DNA of 64,000 nucleotides from the NCBI GenBank assembly GCA_964577675.1, contig CAZNZQ010000001.1, positions 5,875 through 69,874 on the forward strand, given 5' to 3'. Under the pieces are notes generated by a model. The model worked only from the letters and a program-made list of their open reading frames with translations, was not told the DNA's origin and did no database searches. Positions 29,461-38,929 of this stretch are shown one piece after another. The first letter of the stretch is position 1, and every line of letters starts with the position of its first letter. The position numbers were made by a program, and so were the translations under genes. This DNA comes from an uncultured Candidatus Saccharibacteria bacterium (lineage in GTDB: Bacteria > Patescibacteriota > Minisyncoccia > Phycocordibacterales > UBA5272).

Positions 29461-31125
29461 TTATTTCTTTTTGTTCTGTGCTCTGTATGCCCTCACTAGC
29501 TTAATATCATTATACGAAACCTTGCCACCTAACTCGTCAAAAATGGGAGTGAGTTTGGTAGTATCGAGCTCGTCGAATGCCTTAGATATCTTTTGCAGCA
29601 AAGCTTTCTTAGGAAGAATCTTGTCGAACATAACTGACTCACCACTATCAACTAACTTTTCGATGTGGGCAATGAGTGTGTCGACACCGATGTCTCTGAA
29701 CGTAGCGATTTCTTCTAAAGTCATACCCTTATCTAGCATCTCCTTAGTCACGATGTGTGACAAGGTCTTCACTTCTTCTGATATCTCATCAATCTCCTCA
29801 ATTGACCCGCCAACTTCCATCAGTCGTTTATTATGCATCCCTTCAAGCTCTTCTTTTGTATATTTCTTCAGAGCGTCAGAGGCTTGAGAGCTTTTCTTGT
29901 GAAAGAGCTCGTCCGCTTCTCTTACCTCTTCACTCACCATGAGAGCTTCATTATTGAAGCCGGCGAGATACAACCCGTCGAGTGTAGTGAGGCGAGAGAG
30001 TGCTACATATCCCTGTCCACGCACGAACGTTCGAGATAGATCCATCTCAGCCTCATCGAGTGTCATACCTTGGCTCTTATGCACAGTTATAGCCCATGCA
30101 TAGCGAAGCGGTAACTGACTGATCTCGGCTTTTACCTTTCCGTCTTCTTCTATCTTCCAACTATCCCCTCGCACAGTTATCTTCCTTCCATTATTAAGCG
30201 AGACCACCGGGAAGCCGTCGTCTGCTATCGCACTCACGATACCAAGGGAGCCGTTCACATATGACTTGTCTTGAGCATTTTTGATACACATCACCTTAGC
30301 CCCTATCTTAAGCCGTAAACTCTCGGGTGCGAGACAGTTACTCTTAAGAGAGTCCACAAGATGCTTCTTACCCTTGGTGACCATTTCAAAGTAATACTCG
30401 TCCCCATCTAACTCGTCAAAAAACTTCTCATTTATCTTGTCTACGTTTTCATTGTGAGTGTACAACTTGAGCGTGCTTTTCTTTGGTTTCTTTTCCGATG
30501 CTTCGCGGAGCGTATCATAGTGCCCCTCTTCTATTTCACCACCACGAATTGCTTTAAGAAGAGATAGTAGCTGATCATCGTCTTGTCTATGCTGCTCAGT
30601 GAGATAGCAGATGACTGGCTTTGCCTCTATCCATGCATTAGAAAGAAAAGCGTACACCTTGGCCCCTGGTATATGATTCTCAGTTCTTACAACAGGAGGA
30701 AGCTGAAAAAAATCCCCAGAGAATATAAGCTGTATGCCACCGAACGGCCTCGCGTCTCTTCGTATATGCTTAGCGACGCTGTTTAACATGTCCAAGAAGT
30801 TCGCGTGGAGCATCGAGACTTCGTCGATGATGAGTACCTGTGTCTCAGTCCAACGTTTATAGAGATTCTGCTTTTCCTCGAGCACGTCCAGGTCGAACTT
30901 CGTTAACTTATCTTTTATGCCGATGCCGCTCCATGAATGGATGGTAGAGCCTCCAATATGGGTCGACGCGATACCGGTAGACGCGGTTACTGCGTACTTC
31001 ACCCCGTGTTTCTTGAGGTAATCTACGTACTCTCTTAAAACGTAACTTTTACCAGAACCAGCCTGCCCTGTAAGGAATGTCGTATGTCCGAGTTTTAGAA
31101 TATTGAGAGCTGTCTTTTGAGTCAT
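29461..31125 (-). CDS. Pif1-family helicase with C-terminal HTH
   Basis: GQAGSGKS, DEVSM, GDFFQLPPV, AWAITVHKSQG, YVALSR. Confidence 0.9.
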   Translation of the reverse strand: MTQKTALNILKLGHTTFLTGQAGSGKSYVLREYVDYLKKHGVKYAVTASTGIASTHIGGSTIHSWSGIGIKDKLTKFDLDVLEEKQNLYKRWTETQVLIIDEVSMLHANFLDMLNSVAKHIRRDARPFGGIQLIFSGDFFQLPPVVRTENHIPGAKVYAFLSNAWIEAKPVICYLTEQHRQDDDQLLSLLKAIRGGEIEEGHYDTLREASEKKPKKSTLKLYTHNENVDKINEKFFDELDGDEYYFEMVTKGKKHLVDSLKSNCLAPESLRLKIGAKVMCIKNAQDKSYVNGSLGIVSAIADDGFPVVSLNNGRKITVRGDSWKIEEDGKVKAEISQLPLRYAWAITVHKSQGMTLDEAEMDLSRTFVRGQGYVALSRLTTLDGLYLAGFNNEALMVSEEVREADELFHKKSSQASDALKKYTKEELEGMHNKRLMEVGGSIEEIDEISEEVKTLSHIVTKEMLDKGMTLEEIATFRDIGVDTLIAHIEKLVDSGESVMFDKILPKKALLQKISKAFDELDTTKLTPIFDELGGKVSYNDIKLVRAYRAQNKKK

Positions 31126-31288
31126 TTTGAAAATCGACAATCACTTTCAGAGTTAACGAGAGAGGAAAGCTCGGGAATTATGTTTGATAAGAGATGTGGC
31201 TATCATACACATCAGTGTAAGCGGAAAGTAGAAAACGGAGAAGACTTGACTATTTAATTATATATTTTAAGATAGATTTATCCAAACG

Positions 31289-31603
31289 ATGGAGAAAAGA
31301 TTGAAAACTACGCTCTTTAAAATTTTGAGAGACTCGGCATCTCAAACGTTTCCTGGCACAACATCAACCTACGGGGAAAATGCTGGACAGGCCGTACTAA
31401 TCTGTCTCTTGGGTCTGGCGATAAACATCGCCTCGCAGGACCTTATCGGCACTGTGAGCATCAACAGCCTTCCATGGCTCATGATGTGGTCGATTCATGC
31501 CACATCTACGATGGTTGCCATCGTTTCGATGCTATATTTTTTATTTTTTTTGGTTGTCGTGACACTATCTAGCATAGAAAGGATCATTCAACCAAAAAAA
31601 TAG
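31289..31603 (+). CDS. Hypothetical membrane protein
   Basis: 104-aa hydrophobic ORF with a ttgact/AT-rich promoter-like region upstream and a terminator downstream. Confidence 0.5.
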   Translation: MEKRLKTTLFKILRDSASQTFPGTTSTYGENAGQAVLICLLGLAINIASQDLIGTVSINSLPWLMMWSIHATSTMVAIVSMLYFLFFLVVVTLSSIERIIQPKK

Positions 31604-31616
31604 CCTGGTCAATCAC

Positions 31617-31652
31617 CCACCGAAACCCACCTCGGTGGGTTCTTTTATTTTA
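31617..31652 (+). terminator. Intrinsic terminator
   Basis: cccacc...ggtggg hairpin followed by ttcttttatttt. Confidence 0.65.
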
Positions 31653-31727
31653 TACAAACAGAGTGACTGCTTTAAATATCGAAACACCTGAATTCCTTCA
31701 GAAAGAGGGTGGGTAATTTTAAATATT

Positions 31728-32654
31728 CTATACTTTCAAATATTTTCGTACCGCGAGAAGCGAAGACACTGTTGTCAAAACTGCACCAAAAGCAAGGAGC
31801 GAGAGAACAAGCGCCCCAAGATGAGCTGTATAGAACGAGTGGATATTCATACCTTCGAAAAAGAACACTGTCTTCTTGGTTACCCAGATAGTTGCTGGGA
31901 AGAAAATAATAACGGTTATTAGTGTCGCTGCTACAGAGTATAGAATAGACTCTACTACAAAAGGCCCCCTAATAAACATATTAGATGCCCCCACAAGCTT
32001 CATCACCGCTATCTCATCACGATATACGAAAATGGCTAAACGAATTGTATTGTATACAATCATACAGCTCATCAAGATGAATATAACAGAAAGCCAGAAG
32101 CCTACTGTATTGGTCCATCCGATAATGTTGTTGAGCTTGTCGATACTGTCTTTTATTTGATAATAGTTTATCTTATCGATCGCAGTCTTGTTGTCTCCCA
32201 AGAGTCCAGATGTATCCTCGAGTTGCTTAGCAATAGCCTCATAACGAGAAGTATCGTTAGCCACCACTGAGAGCGACGCCCCGAACGGGTTGATACCCAG
32301 TTCTTCAAGGGCTTGAAGTGTCAGCTGATCCCCTTCGTGTTTCTTTCTAAAGTCTTCGAGTGCTTGTTCCTTTGTTGTTTAGGTAACCATCTTCACATCT
32401 GTTAGACCCATGAGCTTAGCCTTCACCTCGCTTGTCTGTTGTTCTGTTGCGTCAGTCTTGAAATAAATACGAATATCTACCTTCTCTCTTACTTCATTGA
32501 GCGTATAGTCGAAGACCGCTCTAAAAAGATAAAATGATGTAATAATCGAAAGCGTAATCGTCAGAATAAAAATCGAAGACAGTGAAACCGTGCGGTTACG
32601 ATAGAATCCTCTTAGTCCAGCAAGTGCAACCCTTTTCCAAAGTACAGTTCGCAT
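31728..32654 (-). pseudogene. ftsX: Cell division permease FtsX interrupted by one in-frame TAA
   Basis: Continuous frame with one stop at 32379-32381 (VKMVT*TTKEQALEDF); NTIRLAIF...EIAVMKLVGAS motif; downstream of ftsE. Confidence 0.85.
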
Positions 32655-32666
32655 AATAATTATTGT

Positions 32667-33347
32667 TTAAATACTAAATCTTCCAGACTTCTGATCTCTC
32701 ACGATTCTTCCGTTCTCCATCGTTAGTACGCGACGTCCGAGATTATCCACTATACCTTTGTTGTGAGTGGTTAGGATGACGGTAGTACCGAGGTCATTAA
32801 TCTTCTTGAGAATCTGAACAATATCGTAAGTATTAAGCGGATCAAGGTTCCCTGTTGGTTCATCCGCAATAATAATCTCCGGACGGTTGATAATTGCACG
32901 AGCAATAGCAACACGCTGCTGCTCACCACCAGAAAGCTGATGTGGGAAGTGGTGCATCTTACTCTTTAGGTCTACAAGATCTAATACATGTGGAACATCC
33001 TCTTCTATTTCATCGTCGTGCTTGCCAGCTGCTTCCATGGCAAAAGCCACGTTCTCATACGCGGTCTTATTAGGAATGAGCCTAAAGTCTTGGAAAACCA
33101 CTCCGATTTTTCTACGGAAGTGCATCATCTCCTTTCCTTTCAGTGTATGAATATCGTCTGAGTTAAACGACACACTTCCTTCTGTCGGAGACTCTTCTGC
33201 CATCATGAGCTTAATGAGAGTAGTCTTGCCAGCGCCTGAGTGACCTACTATTGAGACCAGTTCGCCTTTGTTTATAGTAAGAGATATGTCGTCGAGTACG
33301 CGGTTACCGTTTTCGTACTCTTTAGAAACTTTGTCGAAGTAAAGCAT
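32667..33347 (-). CDS. ftsE: Cell division ATP-binding protein FtsE
   Basis: [32 protein letters not shown]; adjacent to ftsX. Confidence 0.92.
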   Translation of the reverse strand: MLYFDKVSKEYENGNRVLDDISLTINKGELVSIVGHSGAGKTTLIKLMMAEESPTEGSVSFNSDDIHTLKGKEMMHFRRKIGVVFQDFRLIPNKTAYENVAFAMEAAGKHDDEIEEDVPHVLDLVDLKSKMHHFPHQLSGGEQQRVAIARAIINRPEIIIADEPTGNLDPLNTYDIVQILKKINDLGTTVILTTHNKGIVDNLGRRVLTMENGRIVRDQKSGRFSI

Positions 33348-33452
33348 GTAGGGAGTATACCATGCTGACTACACTCCAAAAGGGTGTGGAAAGATGAGAC
33401 TTGCTATTCGTTAGAAAAATTATGACGTTAGAAAGATCCGGCGAAGAGCTTC

Positions 33453-34340
33453 CTAACTTCCTAACAGTACCACCTTTTCTGCTTCAATAAACCCTTCTAT
33501 CTCACCTTTTTCTAAAACAGCTTCTACATTACTGGTCTCATAGTCAGTTCTGTGATCCTTTACCATCTTGTACGGGTGAAGTACGTATGAACGTATCTGA
33601 TTCCCCCACTCTATCTCAGTGGTCTTACTAATCTGCCTCCCCTCTACTTCGGCCTGGCGCTTCTCTTCTTCTAATTTAAAAAGTTTGGATTGCAAAATTT
33701 CTAATGCCTTCTGCTTGTTCTGCTCCTGCTGACGTTCAGTCGCCACATGCACTGCGATATTAGTCGGTATATGAATAACGCGCACAGCAGTCTCTCTCTT
33801 GTTAACGTTTTGACCACCGGGACCGCTCGACTTAGACATCTCTATACGTATCTCGTCCGGCGACAATGTCTTCCTCTCTACTTCTGGGATGATTGGGAGC
33901 ACTTCGACTAGAGCAAAAGAAGTGTGCCGCTTTGCCTGTGCATTAAACGGTGAAATTCTAACAAGGCGATGCACACCGGACTCATGTTTGAGATTACCGT
34001 AGACCATCTTACCCTCTATTTCGAGCGTGATATTGCGATACCCGCCATGGTCGTTCTTATTATCATGAAGCGTGTTATAACGATAACTATTTCTATCGAA
34101 GTACTTCTGATACATCATTAGGAGTATACGAGCGAAATCTTCACTATCATCCCCTCCTGCACCAGCCAAGATGGAGAAAATTGCTCCACCTTTATCGAGT
34201 GCTCCCACACCCTCCTTTTTATCCTTTAATTCTTTAATTTTTTTGATGACAGACTGCGCTTTCTCTTTATCAGTCCAAAAATCAACCTCATTCATCGAGG
34301 CTTCAAGCTCTGCTATTTCGAGATCCAGGTTTTCTCCCAT
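33453..34340 (-). CDS. prfB: Peptide chain release factor 2 (shortened N-terminal domain, no frameshift)
   Basis: RISPF specificity motif, GGQ, WGNQIRSY. Confidence 0.9.
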   Translation of the reverse strand: MGENLDLEIAELEASMNEVDFWTDKEKAQSVIKKIKELKDKKEGVGALDKGGAIFSILAGAGGDDSEDFARILLMMYQKYFDRNSYRYNTLHDNKNDHGGYRNITLEIEGKMVYGNLKHESGVHRLVRISPFNAQAKRHTSFALVEVLPIIPEVERKTLSPDEIRIEMSKSSGPGGQNVNKRETAVRVIHIPTNIAVHVATERQQEQNKQKALEILQSKLFKLEEEKRQAEVEGRQISKTTEIEWGNQIRSYVLHPYKMVKDHRTDYETSNVEAVLEKGEIEGFIEAEKVVLLGS

Positions 34341-34393
34341 TAGTGGACAGTATACCAAATCTCCACCACCTCGTGGTATGCTATAAAGCAATT

Positions 34394-34816
34394 ATGAAAA
34401 TCGGATTCACAGCAGGTGCGTTTGACCTCTGTCATGCAGGGCACATGCTCATGTTTAAAGAATGTAAAGAATACTGCGATTACCTTATTGTGGGCTTACA
34501 CACTGATCCGACAATTGACCGACCAGAAAAAAATAAGCCAGTGCAAGACATAGAAGAAAGAAAAGCTCAACTGGAGGCCGTGAGGTACATCGATAAGATA
34601 GTGCTTTACGACACAGAAAAAGATTTATACGATATTTTACAAAAAAACGAACTAGGGATTAATATTAGAATCATAGGCGCAGACTGGAAAGGTAAACCTT
34701 TTACTGGCCATGATCTTCCCCTTGATACAGTTTTCAATACCAGAGACCACGGGTACTCATCATCTAACCTAAGAAAGAGAATCTACGAGGCAGAGAAAAA
34801 GAAATATGAGCCATAG
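34394..34816 (+). CDS. Cytidylyltransferase (TagD-like)
   Basis: GAFDLCHAGH (HxGH), GADW, SSS motifs. Confidence 0.85.
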   Translation: MKIGFTAGAFDLCHAGHMLMFKECKEYCDYLIVGLHTDPTIDRPEKNKPVQDIEERKAQLEAVRYIDKIVLYDTEKDLYDILQKNELGINIRIIGADWKGKPFTGHDLPLDTVFNTRDHGYSSSNLRKRIYEAEKKKYEP

Positions 34817-34857
34817 CTATAGAAAAATTCTGTTAGGAAAGCGTCTCATTTTGATAT

Positions 34858-35988
34858 TTATTTAAAGTAATTTTTATTTTTTATCTCTTCTGGTAAAAAG
34901 CTTTCGTCGTCGTACATCTCATACCCTTTTCCGTATCCATTTGCTTTCATAAGCTTCGTAGGAGCATTCCGTAGCTTCATTGGTATAGGCAAATTGCCTA
35001 ATTTTTTAGCATCCTGGAGAGCTTCCTGGTAAGCATCATATGCGCTTCTGTCTTTCTTTGCTGCTGAAAGATATGCCACCCCGTGAGCTAAGTTGATACC
35101 ACACTCAGGTAACCCAACAGTTTCTACAGCTTTAAATACTTCATTGGCTATAATGAGGGCCCCCTTATCAGCGAGACCTATGTCTTCTGATGCGAATATT
35201 ACCATTCGGCGAGCTATAAACTTCGGGTCTTCGCCAGCATCAATCATGCGCGCTAGGTAGTACATAGCAGCGTCTGCCTGAGATGCGCGCATACTTTTTA
35301 TAAACGCACTGATTGTGTTGTAGTGCTCCTCTCCTTTCTTATCATAACGGAGATGCTTGGATTGAATAGTATCTTTTATGGTCTCAGTGGTGATGTCACC
35401 ATAAAGGTCTCGTGTTGAGGAAATAACGCCAAGTATCTGCCTAGCGTCACCGCCACCAAGTGCACACAACATCTCTCTAGCTTCTTGGTCTATAGAGATA
35501 TTAGTACGATCAATGATGGTATTGATTTCGTCTTTTGTTAATTCGTTAAGAACAAAGACTCGACATCTGGAAAGGAGTGCAGAGATAACCTCAAAGCTTG
35601 GGTTCTCTGTCGTTGCCCCAATGAGAATAAGCTTTCCGTTTTCAACATACGGAAGGAGAAAGTCCTGCTGCGCTTTATTAAAACGATGTATCTCGTCTAG
35701 GAAGAGAACCCGTGGACCAAAGAGGTCTCCTCCTGAGTCTACGATATGGCGAATATCATCTTTGCCAGCTGAGACAGCAGAAAGCTCATGATAATCAGCA
35801 TTGACTGCCTTAGCATAAATACGTGCAAGACTTGTCTTCCCTGAGCCTGGAGGTCCCCAGAGAATAAATGAGAAGATATGTTTCTTTTCTATAGCAACAC
35901 GAAGAGGTTTACCTGGACCGACCAGGTGAGTCTGACCAATATAGTCATCAAGAGATGTTGGACGAAGAATGGAGGCGAGAGGTTCCAT
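34858..35988 (-). CDS. rarA: Replication-associated recombination protein A (MgsA)
   Basis: GPPGSGKT, DEIHRFNKAQQD, GATTENP, SEDIGLAD. Confidence 0.95.
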   Translation of the reverse strand: MEPLASILRPTSLDDYIGQTHLVGPGKPLRVAIEKKHIFSFILWGPPGSGKTSLARIYAKAVNADYHELSAVSAGKDDIRHIVDSGGDLFGPRVLFLDEIHRFNKAQQDFLLPYVENGKLILIGATTENPSFEVISALLSRCRVFVLNELTKDEINTIIDRTNISIDQEAREMLCALGGGDARQILGVISSTRDLYGDITTETIKDTIQSKHLRYDKKGEEHYNTISAFIKSMRASQADAAMYYLARMIDAGEDPKFIARRMVIFASEDIGLADKGALIIANEVFKAVETVGLPECGINLAHGVAYLSAAKKDRSAYDAYQEALQDAKKLGNLPIPMKLRNAPTKLMKANGYGKGYEMYDDESFLPEEIKNKNYFK

Positions 35989-35993
35989 GGGGA

Positions 35994-36053
35994 GTAGCGT
36001 GTAGCGTGTAGCGTGTAGCGTGTAGCGTGTAGCGTGTAGCGTGTAGCGTGTAG
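35994..36053. repeat. Perfect heptamer microsatellite (GTAGCGT)x8.5
   Basis: Read directly; begins 5 nt upstream of the rarA start codon. Confidence 0.97.
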
Positions 36054-36195
36054 GAGATAGTTTACGCTTTTGGCTGGAAGACGTAAATAGAACGGAAATG
36101 CTAAGAATCGGTCACAAGAGCACTCGCTTCGCTCAAGAAGCTATTGCTTGTTCCTAGAACCGAACTTGCTAACTCGCCTATTCGACTCTCGACAT

Positions 36196-36217
36196 AAAGT
36201 CACTCAAGTGACTTTTT
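36196..36217 (-). terminator. Probable terminator downstream of tRNA-Thr
   Basis: aaagtcact-ca-agtgacttt inverted repeat. Confidence 0.55.
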
Positions 36218-36234
36218 CTTTGGATCACTGCGTG

Positions 36235-36490
36235 AGCCAAGAGCGGGAATCGAACCCGCGACCTCTTCCTTCGTTTACACCCCATCTTCATTCTTATACA
36301 TAGGGACTAGACTGTATCTTTATCCACTAAGGATACCCTTGTCAGTCGTTCGGGCGAATACTCGCCACGGTCTTAGCTTATTGTCAGCCGTTAACCGTTA
36401 TTCGGGATTCACAATACAGTTACCTGTATTGTGGGCAGGAATCTTTTACGACCCACCATGGAAGTGCTCTACCAACTGAGCTATCTTGGC
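36235..36490 (-). tRNA. tRNA-Thr(GGT), intron-containing (exon 1 36490-36455, exon 2 36271-36235)
   Basis: Joined exons give a 73-nt cloverleaf: GCCAAGA/TCTTGGC acceptor stem, CTTCC-ATGGTAA-GGAAG anticodon arm, GGTTCGATTCC T arm. Confidence 0.93.
36272..36454 (-). ncRNA. Group I intron (183 nt) between tRNA positions 36 and 37
   Basis: 5' exon ends in U and the intron ends in G. P1/P10 guide, P2 with GUAA loop, P4 ACGGU/ACCGU, P7 GACUG/CAGUC, S motif AAGAUACAGUC. Confidence 0.9.
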
Positions 36491-36513
36491 TTTTTAGAAA
36501 CAATCTAATAAGC

Positions 36514-36959
36514 TTACCTTATTTTCTGCAGTTTTTCAATTTCATTAATGAGCACATCCCTCATTTTTTTATTATTATAATAAACTGTCAAAACTCCATG
36601 TTCAATCTTCCTTTTATACGAACCAGATCCTCGAGAAGGCGTGACAACGGTCTTCATGAACTGACTACTGGAAACTTTTAGTTACCGTTTCCAAAAACTC
36701 AATACATCCTCGACCTCGGTGGTATTAAAAACTTGAATACCGAATCTCATGTCTTTTTTATCCACTTCAAAAAAAGTTTCCAAAAACAAGACGAAAGTGG
36801 TGACTAACTTTGGTTCCGTATTGCCTAGCCGAACTTAATACTTATTGGCTTTTGTGCCTTCTCCCCAATACAGGCCAAGGCCAAGGCCAAAAAGAATAGC
36901 TTCTTCATTAGAACTTGGCCCCCCTAAACAGAAATGGGTCTCCGCCAGGGTTATTTTTT
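36514..36959 (-). pseudogene. Degraded LAGLIDADG-like homing endonuclease
   Basis: GLGLGLYWGEGTK...VRLGNTEPKLV..F..FL...FWK...HGVLTVYYNN; TAA stops at 36835-36837 and 36682-36684; +1 frameshift in a G6 run near 36910. Confidence 0.75.
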
Positions 36960-36978
36960 AAGTAAACCCTGTAACGAG

Positions 36979-37191
36979 CTAGTTGATAGAAATAATTTTT
37001 GATGGTGAATGGTGACCATTTATAATACGCACTGAAACACCAGGAAACTTTTCATGTAAAAGATCTATGACTCTTCTGTTAGCTGCATTATTTTCGGCAG
37101 GGACCTTTACCCAGATACGATACTCATCGTTTTTTATTTGCTCAACCTTTTCTTCTTTAGCGTCTGGAACGACTTTTATTTTTAAGTACAT
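36979..37191 (-). CDS. DUF167/YggU family protein
   Basis: KVVPDAK...PAENNAAN...GHHSPSK pattern. Confidence 0.8.
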   Translation of the reverse strand: MYLKIKVVPDAKEEKVEQIKNDEYRIWVKVPAENNAANRRVIDLLHEKFPGVSVRIINGHHSPSKIISIN

Positions 37192-37285
37192 GTACGAGAT
37201 AGTAATTCGTAATTAGTAACTAGTTTACTTGTATGTTCTTCAAAACCTTGAATAATTTGCATTTCCACTAATTACCAATTACTAA

Positions 37286-37978
37286 TTACCGAGCCTTCTT
37301 CCCTATCGTATTTTCCTTCTTCATTCTGTATTCGTCGATTAGTTTATGATTACCAGAGAGAAGCACTTTTGGTACGCGATACTTCTTACCTCCGGTTTCA
37401 TATATCTCAGGCCGTGCATATATCTCATGTGACGCTACTCGCTTCTCTTCAAGAGAAAGTTCATCATGCAGCACCCCTTTTACTTGTCTAGAGATTGCGT
37501 CGATACACACCATAGCAGGAAGCTCACCTCCGGTTAAAACATATTCGCCAATACTCCATTCTTTTGCCCTCAAAATTTTTTTTACCCTTGAGTCAACTCC
37601 TTCATACCGACCACAGACAAAAATAACATCGGTGTAACTCTTCGAAGTCTTCTGCGCAAGAGTATTCGTGAATTTCTCCCCTCCTGCGTTAAAAATAACA
37701 ACAAGCGCCTTAGACACCTTTCTCTTGGCGATAGTTTTTTGTATTTTTGTAACACAGCTAACGATTGGGTCTACCCACATTACCATTCCAGGACCGCCAC
37801 CGTAGGGCTTGCCATCAACCCTCCTATGCTTATCGGTTGTATACTCGCGAAGTGCGTACGTCTTTACCTCTATCAACTTGTTCTCTATGGCCCGAGAAAT
37901 AATAGACTCAGCGAAGTAGCTGACGAACATATCTGGGAAAATGGTAACTATGTGAAACCTAAGAGGTTGCTGTTTCAT
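37286..37978 (-). CDS. trmD: tRNA (guanine-N1)-methyltransferase
   Basis: PYGGGPGM, CGRYEGVD, SIGEYVLTGGE, LLSGNH. Confidence 0.95.
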   Translation of the reverse strand: MKQQPLRFHIVTIFPDMFVSYFAESIISRAIENKLIEVKTYALREYTTDKHRRVDGKPYGGGPGMVMWVDPIVSCVTKIQKTIAKRKVSKALVVIFNAGGEKFTNTLAQKTSKSYTDVIFVCGRYEGVDSRVKKILRAKEWSIGEYVLTGGELPAMVCIDAISRQVKGVLHDELSLEEKRVASHEIYARPEIYETGGKKYRVPKVLLSGNHKLIDEYRMKKENTIGKKAR

Positions 37979-38035
37979 AGCAAAATACTAACACAGCTTT
38001 TCACTCTTAGCCATGAGCCCGTGGCTTTTTACTAC

Positions 38036-38063
38036 AACAAAAGCGCCCCCTGGCGCTTTTGTT
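38036..38063 (-). terminator. Intrinsic terminator after khpA
   Basis: aacaaaagcgcc-ccct-ggcgcttttgtt. Confidence 0.75.
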
Positions 38064-38085
38064 ACTATTACCTAGTGACGATTAA

Positions 38086-38427
38086 CTATAAACTTTTCAG
38101 ATCATTCATCACTGCATCCACATCCGTCGTATCATAGCGAGAAACTATAGGAGTCGACTCTTCTTGATCACTATATGAAGCACGACCCTCTGGTTCATTA
38201 ATCTTGAGGTTAACGCGGGCGTTATTCTTCATACCAACCACGCGGAGGAGGGTGCGCAAAGCTTTAGCTGTTGCGCCGTCACGTCCTATAACCTTACCCA
38301 TATCAGCTGCGTCTACATCGAGCGTAATAAGTACCCCCATCTCATCAACACGTCTATCTACTTTTACTTTCTCTCCATTATCTACTAAAGCCTTAACTAC
38401 ATATTCAACAAATTCTTGATCTTTCAT
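38086..38427 (-). CDS. khpA: KH-domain RNA-binding protein
   Basis: DMGKVIGRDGATAKALRTLL; located after rpsP. Confidence 0.88.
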   Translation of the reverse strand: MKDQEFVEYVVKALVDNGEKVKVDRRVDEMGVLITLDVDAADMGKVIGRDGATAKALRTLLRVVGMKNNARVNLKINEPEGRASYSDQEESTPIVSRYDTTDVDAVMNDLKSL

Positions 38428-38490
38428 ATTCTATTGTATTTATATCTTTAATCGTATCAGTAATTCTCTCATAGTCCCAACCAGTTATTC

Positions 38491-38524
38491 ACAAAAGAAC
38501 AATGATGACTCATTGTTCTTTTGT
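38491..38524 (-). terminator. Intrinsic terminator after rpsP
   Basis: acaaaagaacaatga-tgac-tcattgttcttttgt. Confidence 0.75.
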
Positions 38525-38547
38525 TTTCGTATCAATAAGGGTTAAGA

Positions 38548-38847
38548 CTATTTAGCCTTGACGTCCTTTGCTACAGGCTTCTTCTTAGGAAGAACATTTC
38601 TCTTCTTTCCTTCAATAACACCTTTGGAAACGAGAAGATTATGAACGGTGTCACTCGTCTGAGCTCCTACAGAAATCCAGTGCTTGATGCGGTCAGCTTT
38701 TGGTGTAAAAACACCAGCCTTTACATTGAAAGTCCCCAAGATTTCAGCGAACTGAGTAGTCTTTGGTTTGAGGGTGCTTTCTGTAACAATCAAGCGAAAA
38801 TGAGGGTCATTCTTGCGTCCCGTGCGTTGTAATCTGATTTTTAGCAT
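38548..38847 (-). CDS. rpsP: 30S ribosomal protein S16
   Basis: MLKIRLQRTGRKN...WISVGAQTSDTV. Confidence 0.95.
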   Translation of the reverse strand: MLKIRLQRTGRKNDPHFRLIVTESTLKPKTTQFAEILGTFNVKAGVFTPKADRIKHWISVGAQTSDTVHNLLVSKGVIEGKKRNVLPKKKPVAKDVKAK

Positions 38848-38929
38848 GGACTAGATTCTACCACAAACACAGGAAAAAGGAAAGTGCCAACTAACACCAA
38901 AGAGTCCAGGAACCTTCTCCGCATATATC

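Noticed and set aside
34340-34400. prfB programmed +1 frameshift
   Set aside because: No CTT-TGA site or upstream RF2 N-terminal frame; the region is a short divergent promoter.
31728-36959. Stop-codon reassignment explaining in-frame stops in ftsX and the LAGLIDADG-like gene
   Set aside because: The internal stops are TAA, the commonest true terminator here. Conserved genes read through under code 11, and the LAGLIDADG-like gene also has a frameshift.
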